The notes under the pieces were generated by a model. It did not search any database. It was not told where the DNA came from and worked only from the letters and a program-made list of their open reading frames with translations. DNA of 64,000 nt. Origin: Bugula neritina (taxonomy: Eukaryota > Animalia > Bryozoa). Location of the stretch: positions 29,821,504-29,885,503 of the forward strand of contig OZ037765.1 in the NCBI GenBank assembly GCA_964035545.1. The letters are read 5' to 3'. This document shows positions 40,882-51,900 of this stretch, piece by piece (within the stretch, counting starts at the first letter, position 1; every line of letters begins with the position of its first letter). Both the position numbers and the translations under genes were made by a program.

Positions 40882-43139
40882 TGTGTGTGTGTGTATTCAG
40901 CTTATAATGCAAATATACCTTTATTAGGAACATATAACTTGTTATAATTATAGCCCAATCAGCCACTTTAACTGCATTGTTGATGCTAGCAAATGCACTT
41001 GTTAAAAATAGTTGTAAATAACATGCTCTGTTCTTTTTCCTCTATGATTGCAGATGCCAGATAAAGCAATACTCACCTCCATTAGAGTTGATAGATTCAG
41101 TTCGAAGGTGCAAATTTGATGCAGCAAACTATGTAGCTTCATGTCCCAAACACGCTGAACATTGGAAAATAGCAGACATGTGTTCGAATGGCCCCACTTC
41201 CTTTGTCTATGATAGCGGAGAATTGGAGAATCTAGTAGAGAAAATTTATTCTTTTCCAATCAACGACATTGACACTAGTTACGGGATAAATATTTTGAAG
41301 CATTTTCAAAAGAATAAATATAGGAACAGCTACTGTGCCAGTTGTAATGGTGTGGTCTGGCTTGGGTGTGATGCAAAACCAGATAATGTTATTACTGGAA
41401 CATCAGAATATGCAGTTGATCGATGGTTAAGGTATGAGAAGGACGTGATGAAGTTTTTATTCAATTATGAAATAGATTTGAACGAGAGAACATGTAACAT
41501 GAATTCAGATGCTGTGCTGCTATACAGTGACTTCAACACAACTCTAGACACTTGTTCAAACATAAGTGACCACCTTAAGCAGTGTGATTGTGACAGCATA
41601 CTAGACTTGGATTCAGAAACGTGTATTCCAACACCATTTGTGAATAGCAAGTGCAGAGAGAACAGATATGAACCAGAAACATTCAAAGTTGCAAATTATG
41701 GAATCAAACACTGTGGAAAAGGCATGAAATGTTTACCTTTGTCTATTCCTAGTGCAGTTGGTAAATGTTTTTGGTGTTTATACTTGAATGCAACAGGAGA
41801 TGATCGTCGGCTATCGTATGAGCAGTTCACTGGTAGCCCTTCTAAATATACAAACACTGTAAACAGCGCGGTGCATTGTCCTGCAGCTTATTTAATTAAA
41901 TGCAGTGTATCTGATATAAAAGATTCCTATTGTGCAGAAAACTTTTTTACTTCTGCAATAGGTTCTAGTGCGTTTAGTAAGAAGATAACTCCAAAGACTT
42001 CTCTTCTTAATTCTTTAGCAATTTCGTACAAACCAACTAAATTTAACTTTCAAGCTCACATAGAAAAGTTGGCTTCACTTGGTGTCGAGCTTTTGTTTTC
42101 AACATTTAATGATGACAATTTAAACAGTCAATGCGTGGAATACTCACTAACAAGGAACCATACTAGTTGGCTAATCTGCAAAAATGGTGAGTTACACAGA
42201 ACCTTAGATCAAGCTCATTATGATGACTACCTATTGTGGAATGATGAGATACGAGTCTGCACCAAAACTGCTGTACCGGAATTTATTCTCGCAACTCACG
42301 ACTACGTCTTTTCTTCAATATCCATTCTGGTCATTTTAATCTACATTATTTATTATTTTACTAAATTGAAAAGGACTGTGACAGGAAACTTTGTCGTAAG
42401 TTCTATGATTACACTGATGTGTGGATTAGTGTTTTACTGCCTCATTAACGAGAAGAATTCTTTCCTATCTTGTCAGATAATTGCTTCCTGTACTCAGTAC
42501 TTCCTTATTGCTGTACACACGTGGACAAATGCTATTGGAATTTTAATGGTAAAAGGCATTTCCTCTCTTAAACTTGCCAGTCAATCTAGTTGGAAAAAGT
42601 ATGTTTATTATGCTGCATATGCCTGGCTCACCCCGTTCATATTTGTCATAATTGCTTACTCTGTTGATGCAGTTGAACCCCACAATCTATATCCAGTGTT
42701 TTCTAACCAAATTTGCTTTATTTCACGTGGATGGATAAGACTATTAGTTTTCACTGGGCCCATATATTTATTAGTGGTGGTAAACATTACAGTGTGCATT
42801 ATAGCAAGTGTCATCGTCATAAAATCAGGAAATAAAATAACAGTTGACAAGCAAAGAACTCTCAAGAAAGTGATTACAATTATTAAACTCCAAATAATTT
42901 TTGGAATTCACTGGATTATTCTACTTTTTACGGAAATCAAAGGTCCACATCAGACTGGCCTATGGATTGCTCTCAATGTGTTTATGACATTACAAGGAGT
43001 CATAGCAGTGCTAGCCCAGTTGGTTACTTCTGCAAACATTAGAAGGTGTACGAAATGGTTTAATTCAAAGGTTGGACATTATAACCTAAAGAATTCACGG
43101 ATGGCCTTAAACAAAGCTGTTGAACAGGAGTTTCAGTAA
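36487..43139 (+). CDS. Class B-like (Methuselah/adhesion-type) GPCR with somatomedin-B and Cys-rich ectodomain, 5 exons, 1349 aa
   Basis: Exons 36487-36919, 37417-37681, 38671-39747, 40350-40538, 41054-43139. Signal peptide; SMB-like CKYYSDCC and CYCDEYCRYFNDCC; four CP..LCE..Y[KRA]NxxCAxC modules; seven hydrophobic helices with class-B-like CQIIASCTQYFLIAVHTW, YAAYAWLTP, CF, FTGPIYLLVVVNI, IFGIHWI, FMTLQGVI. Confidence 0.88.
37165..37328. mobile_element. 164-bp MITE, PIF/Harbinger-like, in GPCR intron 1
   Basis: Perfect 14-bp TIR CACTGCGTTTCCAT...ATGGAAACGCAGTG extending imperfectly to about 45 bp; 3-bp flanking direct repeat TAG (37162-37164 and 37329-37331). Confidence 0.8.
38032..38103 (+). 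pseudogene. tRNA-derived sequence (pseudo-tRNA or SINE head) in GPCR intron 2
   Basis: A-box/D-arm TGGTGTAATGGTTAGCAT and B-box-like AGTTCGATTCC at tRNA spacing, followed by a T-run; GCA at the anticodon position but anticodon, T and acceptor stems do not pair. Confidence 0.65.
40796..40894. repeat. Compound microsatellite (TG)n(CGTG)n(TG)n
   Basis: Directly visible; explains the THARTHAR ORF 40757-40966. Confidence 0.97.
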
Positions 43140-44451
43140 TTAACAGAGATTATTGTTTTATCAAAGATGTTTACAACATACATATGTTACTTTGTATACA
43201 ATGAGAAATATTCTACAATGAGTGCTCAATTTGTGATTGACTTTTTGGTCATTACGATTTTATGTTTATTAAGCAAAGATTTGTTTAAAGTATTAACAGC
43301 TAATTAATATTTCAATATGTCTTTTGCATATAACAAATTAGCAATAGAATTTTAATTTGGTGGGTTTGGCTACTGTAACGCTTTTTCTATATATTAGTCA
43401 TTAGTGAGTACCTCAATATTGCCTCTGCTTTACCCTTATAGCTTTCTAAAGTATACTACAATTTACAAATAGATGTATACCAGTTATTACATTATTAACT
43501 AATTACTAAAGTACTTATGATTTTATTGTTAGCCAGATGTCATGTAATTTGCCAATAAACAAAAGGTAGACGGATTTTTTACTAGTGATTCTTAGCCTTG
43601 TATAAATCTGTTTGTAAATTAACAGTTTATTCATTCATTTTATTTATATTTATGATATTTGTTTATGCTATGTTTGCTTTATAGATTCAGAGACCGGTCA
43701 AAGAGTTTAAGATAGTTTATTGCTCAAGATATTAAAGGTCCACTCTGGATAGATCTAAAAGCACAAACTGACTATTATTAATAACACGAATAACATAGTA
43801 TAAAGTATAAACCTTTACAAACAAAGACAAAGCTTATTCAGCATATCATCAACAATATTATATGAAATTGAATGATTTACAATTATTTAAATATAGTTGA
43901 GGGTCAGTTTAAATTACACTCTTTAACAGAAATTTTTTTCTACATGTAAAACGTAACATGCTATTGTACATTTTAAGTTATTTAAATAATATTTAGCTTC
44001 TAAGTAATAAGTATGCACACCAATATGTTCTCAAGGGGGGTAACTTTATTGTCCACTCAGTGTTCGCACTTAATAAATTAGGGTTAAAGTTCGTCTGCAA
44101 GCAAACAACGAAATGGAATCGCTTTCTTTAAAAGAAAAAAGGGCTAGCTTTTGTTTTTGTGAGAAGACTATTAATATTGCTCCCCAAACAGTACAAGTTC
44201 TGTTGAAGAATTGAGGTTATGAAAGTCTGCTGCATCTTCAGTTACTTTTAAATTTTGTTTCACATGTTCATTGAGTTGCCCTCCTGCGCAACTGTATGCG
44301 TCTGCGACTTAGATGTTCCTGGGTACAGCCTGGCCCCTCTAGCTCAACTTTGGCTCTATTCAACGAAGAAACTTTATCATATCACAAGTATACACGTTTT
44401 CTGTGAATAAAGCTATGTAAGTCACTAAGCAGTAAGTGGGTAAAATAAAAA

Positions 44452-44720
44452 TATTACTATCAGTATGAGTATCAGTATGACGATGAGTCATAGCTGTAAT
44501 AGTAATACTAATACTAATACTAATAGTAATAGTAATACTAATACTAATACTTTAGGCTAATACTAATAGAGTAATAGTAATACTAATACTAATACTAATA
44601 GCAGTGCTCTTAGTCTTACTTCTTAGTATTACTATTAGTATTAATATTGCTATTAGTATTAGTATTAGCATAAGATTAAAATTGAGTGTAGTATTAACTC
44701 TAAGAGTAAGTGTAATCACA
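44452..44720. repeat. Degenerate 6-bp-periodic repeat field just after a putative first-exon donor (GTAAGT at 44417)
   Basis: TATCAG/TATGAG/TAATAG/TAATAC/TATTAG hexamers, same family as 16800-17835. Confidence 0.8.
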
Positions 44721-45462
44721 GCTTACTAGCTGAAACCCTAAGTCATTCTTTTAGAAAAAGATGGCAGTATCAGAATTTCAAAATGAGAATTGTTATCTTA
44801 TAGTGAGTTATTATATTGGTATTTAGAAAGTGTGCTATGGCAATTATATTTCTAATGTCCATTTTAGCTTTAAAATTGGCAAATAAACTGAGAGAAACAA
44901 TGCAGTTGATGAATGCAGTGTGGGATGAAGAAATAAAGCAATACCCAAGTAGCACATGATGACAATGATGATACTAAATATGTTTAAATTATTTAGAGAT
45001 TAATATAGTTGTGTGCTGATTGCTATACTAATGTTGTGATTATTATTTAATCACTCATTTAATATGTAGTAATTATATAATTAATGTTTTAATCACCCTG
45101 ATTATCATTGTGGTCACTATTAGTATTTGTGCGTTTTCAGCTTGATCAACCAAAAGTTTTTAATAATAACTTCAATAATCATGCGACAGAATAACTGCCC
45201 AACTTATGGCTATGCAAAATAAATACATTTCAACTCCAAATTAGAGTTTTAATGTCAAATTAACATGATATTTGTTCCAATTGTTGCAGTAGTTTGAGCC
45301 ATATTGTCAGCATGAGTGTTGAGTATTTTCATTAATGATGGTAGGCCCAATGACCTGTATTATGGAAAATACAACTTGTATGCTACAAGTAAAAGTAATA
45401 AAAACTAACTCAAATTCGTTTCACCACTAATAGACTATTTTTTCATTCAAAATAAATATTTT

Positions 45463-45658
45463 AGGTGAAAATGGTAATGGCACAAATGGAAAGTAGGTAA
45501 AAATGGCAAACTGATCTTTGATTTTCCCAAACCTTGAACCCAAGCCCCCAACTCCCACTCCAAACTCTAATATTGAAAATGTGCCACTTTTACCTACTTT
45601 GCCACCTGTGCTATTATTACCTGTGCCATTATTACCATGCCATTTTTACCAGACACCG
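45463..45658. mobile_element. Non-autonomous foldback-type DNA transposon remnant
   Basis: Left arm GGTAATGGCACAAATGGAAAGTAGGTAAAAATGGCA is the inverted complement of the right arm TGCCACTTTTACCTACTTTGCCACCTGTGC.., which has tandem TGCCATTATTACC subunits; C-rich hexameric spacer between. Confidence 0.7.
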
Positions 45659-46488
45659 AAATAAATTGAATCAAGTTTTTTTTTACAGCCTTTCAATAAT
45701 AGGATTTATTTGTATAAATGTAATTAATTTTTTAAAGTCCCCATAACTATTAGGTAGCTTCAATGTCTTTATCTAACTGCCAGAATATTTAAACTTACAA
45801 ATGTATTATAATTATATACAATATTGTTGTTGTGATGAAATTCATTGTGATTATTAAACAGTGTTGCTTTATGATTGAAGCAGCTTGTAGATGCTCAAAA
45901 ATCACTTTCTCATCCTTATTTCAAGTTATGACATAAAAGCTGCTGTAACTTAAACTAAAACTTTTTTTCGTGCTAAAATTTAAAATGTTTTATTTTCTTA
46001 CTAATAGAATACAGTTTTTCTTAGGCAATCTGTGCCCTAAGAATTTAATTCTGATCTAAAGCCCACCTTTCATTATAAGTTTTGTACTTGCCATTTTTTG
46101 CATTGATTTTATGTTGATAAATTCTTACATGTTGTATAGTGAGAATCACAAGTAGGTTCTAGTATATAGATTAGCGACAAATACTGTTGTCTCAGGTTTT
46201 GAAACTTTGATTTATTTGAGTAAGTTCTTTTCTACAAAGCTTTGACAGATGATGACAAGCAGAAATAATTATTTACGTAGTATCTCTTATTTTTGCTAGT
46301 GCAGTCCAACGTTTGCATGATCTACCATTACATTAGAATTAACAACTTATACTGTTATGAATAATGACAATCAATTTGAACCGGCAAGATAACTGCATTC
46401 TATTGGTTTTCTCTTGAAATAAGTTACATTAAACTATGTAATTATAAGTTGAAGCATTTTATATATGTACGTGATATTTTTATTTTAG

Positions 46489-46591
46489 GTCAACCTATTT
46501 AGTGCTCTCTGCAACGATGGATAAGAAAAGGAGGCTAAGAAAACTTTGGAGTTGTCATTCTGATCACAATTTTAGATTGAAGTAGCTGATA
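46489..46591 (+). other. Putative 5'UTR exon containing a 22-aa uORF (46517-46585)
   Basis: Acceptor TTTTATTTTAG, donor GTAAGT; ORF MDKKRRLRKLWSCHSDHNFRLK*. Confidence 0.45.
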
Positions 46592-48943
46592 GTAAGTTAG
46601 TGTCTGAACATTGTTGAGAAAATAAGTTGGAAGTTTACTCAAGTGTGGTCACTAAGTCATTTATGGCCTGTACTAGCTGCAGTGCTATTGCATCATGGAG
46701 CCTTGTCAGCAATATTTTTTTCTTTTTCAGTTATATACATGTGTTTTTTTTTTACTTTACACTAAGTATAACAAACACAAACAAAACGAAAATAATAATT
46801 TGTGTGTGTTCATTCTTTGGAATATCTGCCATTGAGAAACAATAAAATCTCTTAGAACCAAATTCAAAGGAAAAATCAGCACTTGGTTTGCTCTGCAGGT
46901 GGCAAAATGATCAAATTGATAGAGTATCTTAGTTTGAAAAAATATGTGCTAGCTCTACTTCTCTCCTAGTATGTTTTCATTATTCACTCATGCCAATATT
47001 ATAGCTCTTGTGGGCTCAGAAAGTAACACTTGGTTGATGATAGCTGTTGTCGAATGAAGTTTCTGTTGATTGATTTCATGTTTTCTATCTGTTTTGATCT
47101 CTCTGTAAATTGGCAGAGACATTGCTAGGCGAGGTTATGAGCAGTACTTTAAAAAACTAATGTTGGCCGCCTATAAAAAATTGAGAAAGAATGAGAATGT
47201 CATTTAAATACTTCATGTTGGACAGCAATTCTATTATACTAGCTTTTTATTAATCTCTTGGAAATATTTATTGATTTGAAATAAAGTGGCTTTCTTTCCA
47301 TTTACTGCAACATTATTTATTTCTAAATTTTATTACAAATGAAAATTCACAGTTAATAAATGTTTTATTTCAACTGTATATTATGTGCTATTGTATCTGG
47401 GGTCAAAAGTTTCTTTAAAAGATATTTATTTTTTCATGGGATAAAAAAATTAAAGATATGTGAAAAATTACAATTTGCTTTTGAAACCTGCATACTTGTG
47501 AGGTCGACAATCCAAGAGAATTTAACAAATGTGTTTCACTTGAGATTTCCTTCGCTAGAAATCAGTTGCTCTCGAACTCTTGATTCATTGCTCATACTTC
47601 TTGACGTCTTATTCTCTTGCCAGTATTTTGGTCTTCTGTTGCTCATTAGTGAGTGAGTGACCTCCCCAAGTGTAAGTTATTTCATGATTTTATTTTAAAA
47701 TAACTTGCAGATTACACCTTTAATTTGCATCGCTCACATTTTTAGCTTTAACTTTTTCTAAAATTATATAACTTGTTTAGCCTATACTTTTTCTGCAATG
47801 CTTTCGTATGTCCATTGTGCCTGAAATGACAAACAAATATTCTTGAAACTGCAGTCTGTTAGTGGCAGCAAACTGGCAGTGATTAATTTATTGCTATTGT
47901 CAGTATATAATGTTATTTGTGCCTTTTATTATATGTATTAAATTATAACATAATGTTTTGGCAATCGATTTTCATGAAAACAACAGTTTACTAGTTATAT
48001 GATACCAAATCATTGCATTTAGTAAGTAACATTACTTAAATCTGACGAAACTGTCGAAAATAATATTTTGGCATGCTTGCATTTGAAGGATATTTTTATG
48101 TTTTGGCAAATTAGTTCAAGGTCTTCTGTCAACTGCACTTTCTATACTATTAATAATTTTGAGATCTACTCGGTGTGTGTATTTTGCATGAAGGTCTGTG
48201 CATAAAAGGCATATTCTGTGTTATCAGATGGCAATGGTGTTATTTAAATAGCTTGTGTGTGGTTGAATTATAGCTAAATTGCTCCCTTTCAATACATTTT
48301 CATTTTCTTAAATTGTAAAATTATATTTTTAAAAACTTTACACTGGTTAGAATGATAAATTTTCATGAATTATTGTATTAAAGTACTTTGATAAGATAGA
48401 AATATATAAACAAAATATTATTTTCCTTAAAAATGTCTGGAATGTTGGAACTTGATAATTGTATGCTATGTGCTGTAAAACAATGAAAATAACAATCAAA
48501 TAAATTAAGAGGCCATTGTAAATTTAGCCAATAGAATTGAAGAGTGTGGCAAAGTTCAACAATGGAAAATTCGCAACGTTGTCCTTCCTTTTGAGATAAA
48601 TTTCACTGGAAATCAGATTTTTAGTGCCATTCTCAAACTTCTATTTGCTTTATTGCTGCTTATATTTATCCGTGTATCTTCTTCTTGTCTTCTCATTCAT
48701 TCCCGACCTGGCTTTGCCAATGTAAGTGTTGAATTTTAAATATTTTTAGTCACAGCTTTCGATATGTCATTCATTATAGGTGTTGTATATTATTTTTGTC
48801 ATAGGTTTTGGTCTATCTTGCAATGGGATAAAATTCCAAGTTCAAGTATCTTAGTTTATATTTTTTAAACTGCTTTTGAATTGTATTTTTGCGATTTCTA
48901 ATAACTAGGAGAATTCATTTCTAATTTTTAGATTGGTAGTAAC

Positions 48944-51900
48944 ATGCGAAAGCATTTGTCTCCCAAGCTCAAAGCTAGTCGTAGAAACCAACATTCTAAC
49001 TCCCGTAGTCAGAATGCCAATCATGATGATCCTACTTCATCTACTAATCTCCCTTATGTGGGCCCTAGTCGTGGTAAGAATTTCATCTTATATTTTCTAT
49101 GTTGAATTTATTTGTTGCATAAGATCTGTTGTTTATTGCATTGAGTATAAATGTTATGGGCCTTGAAAGTGCTGATGTGAATTTCCTCATTTAATAATAT
49201 CTGTTTGCTACATGCAAGCAGTTTGTCCATTACAAAATTATTTGTTGGGATATTATTAATCCAAATAATTATACTAATTATTTTATAATTTACACTTTGA
49301 ATATCCAATCTAAAATCTTTAGTGATAGTTAGCATTTCACTTGATTTTTTTATTGAGAAATAGCATGCTTGTGTTGAAAAGTAACTTTAAATTGGTGAAA
49401 AGCAATCTCATTAGTCCAACTACTATGAAATCATAATGAAAAATTTAAAAATATAGGTGCAAGTGGTGAGCAAGCTGATTATGGAGTTGCCTCCACTCTA
49501 CCATCAGGTAAGATGGTTCAGCTAGCCAGTTAGTGTGGTGCCTACAGTGGGTTTTACCCCACGGCACCAGGATACCTAGCTATACTCCGTGTATCAGTGC
49601 TGTTGGGGTTTAAGCTTTACTTTAGGCAACCTGTTTTTTGCAGATTGCTTTTATTTTTATGTTGTGATGCATTTCAGTTTATTAGTTCAAGAGTTTAAAA
49701 CTGTTCCTAGCTGTCCTCGTTTACAGTAGTTGGTACAGGGAACTGTGCCACTACCCATCAGCATATATGCAACCCTGGGGTGCCTTTATAGCCTTGTGGC
49801 CCTTATAAGACTGTTGTGATGGTGTAGTGGATAAAAGCACATTCTGCACCACTAAACTTACCTCCTCCCAGTGTTAGAAACAAATCTCTATAGCAATGAT
49901 ACTGATACTTGCAGGTCAGCCTCATAGTAGTACCAGCTCTGCTCAGACTCCACTGCCTCACTCTGCTCCTGCGAGACCGAGTGGTTCCGCCTCTCCAACG
50001 GTGCAGGAGAATCCTGTACCTGATTCCTCATGTGATGGCCGCGTCTGTAAGTGTTGCTTACTTTTAGATAACATGTGCCTGTTGTTAGTTCTCCTTACTA
50101 GTTTCTAGTGTTTAATTTTGATGTTATGTCACTAGAATATCTTGTCACCACAGTTCACTGTATTCTAGCTAAGTCAGAAGAGCTTCTGGCAGTCAAATCA
50201 CATTGTCATCATGCAATTAATATAGTTATAATGCTGTCGAAGTGTGACAGCAACCGTACCTGCACCGTCAATCTTTTACAGGTGTACCAAGAGGTACAGT
50301 CTCTCTTACAGATGACCAATTACCTTCTTCATCAAACAGAAGAGTTGGTATGCTGCCTCAATCTCTACCTGAGAGCTATGAAGCTCAAGATAATGGCCAA
50401 TCCCGTGAGTCTAGCTTCTGAAAGTTACTTGAACATCATGAATTGATACAAAGTCGCAGTTGAAGCACTTTTTGGGCTTTTTAAAACAAATATAATTTCA
50501 TGCTGTAATTAACCAATTACCCTTTCAGTGTCGATGGTGGTATAAAATGTATAGCTTATTTTTTGAATGCATTCTGCTATTTCTAAGCATGGAAAGCCAG
50601 TCTATTTTCATGTCAACATTAATAAGGGGTGTGGCTCTATGTTTTTATAAATTGTGATTTTTATTTTTGTTTATGACGGCTTTCACTTCACTCCTAGAAT
50701 ATTGTTTAATGTGTTATTATAGGATTGCTGCCTGGTGCCAGGGGCTCTAGCCCTCCACATGCTACTGGACAGATACCCTCATGTCCAAGCTATTACAGTG
50801 CCACTAATATATTTAGTGAGACAACTGTCCCTCATGTACCAGAAGCGCCACCTGGTGGCTTCGTGTTACCGAAAGCTCCCGAGCGGCTGCCCAGCCCTGC
50901 AAGCAGTCCTGCGCCCAGTGACCAGAGTGCTGTTAGTGGGAATTCCCTCTACTCTATGGTCTATAATGATGCCCAGCCCTCTTCTACAGAGAGCTCTCTC
51001 TTCAGTGCTTCGTCTGCTGATGCCGCTGCATCTCAGACCTCTCTACAATGTGTGCCTCAAACGCTGCCTCTGCCAGGAGACAGAGCTTCAGGTGGTGACA
51101 GCCCTCTGCGCTATGTCCCAGAAGTACCTGGAAGGCTGCCTAGTCCTAGCAGCAGTCACATGCTTTCTCATCCAAACCATTTCACATCTGACAGTGAAAC
51201 TGCTATTCCAACTCCTCAGCAACTGCCCACTGTTGAAGCCGGGAGTTCTCAAGGTTTCACAGCTGATCTACACTCGCGTGCCTCGCCGCGTGTTAGAGGA
51301 TGTTCTGCGTTTGATGCTCCAGCTCCAAAGAGAGCTGTTACTCATGCTGCCACTCCAGCTCCAAAGAGAGCTGCTACTCATGCTGCCATGTCCTCTGCAG
51401 CAGAATCTCCTGCCTCAACCTCTTACATGGCAGATCCTTACTCTCTATCCAATACTTCAGGTATCTCCATTTCTTTCTAGTGGTAAATCACAGAGTGAAT
51501 GCATTTTCTTATTGTCACTGACAGTCTCAATTTTCTATTTCTTTAAATATTGTTTAATGTATTATTATAGGATTGCTGCCTAATGCCAGGGGCTCTAGCC
51601 CTCCACATGCTACTGGACAGATACCCTCATGTCCAAGCTATTACAGTGCCACTAATATATTTAGTGAGTCAACTGACCCTCATGTACCAGAAGCGCCACC
51701 TGGCGGCTTCATCTTACCGAAAGCTCCCGAGCGGCTGCCCAGCCCTGCAAGCAGTCCTGCGCCCAGTGATAGAAACTGTTATACAGCCACTAGTGTCGAT
51801 GGCAACTCGGATGTGCCAAATATTCTGCCCTCCGCTGAAGGCAGCAGCCAAAGTTTCACAGCCGGCAGCAGCAATCAAGACTCACAAGACACGACAATGC

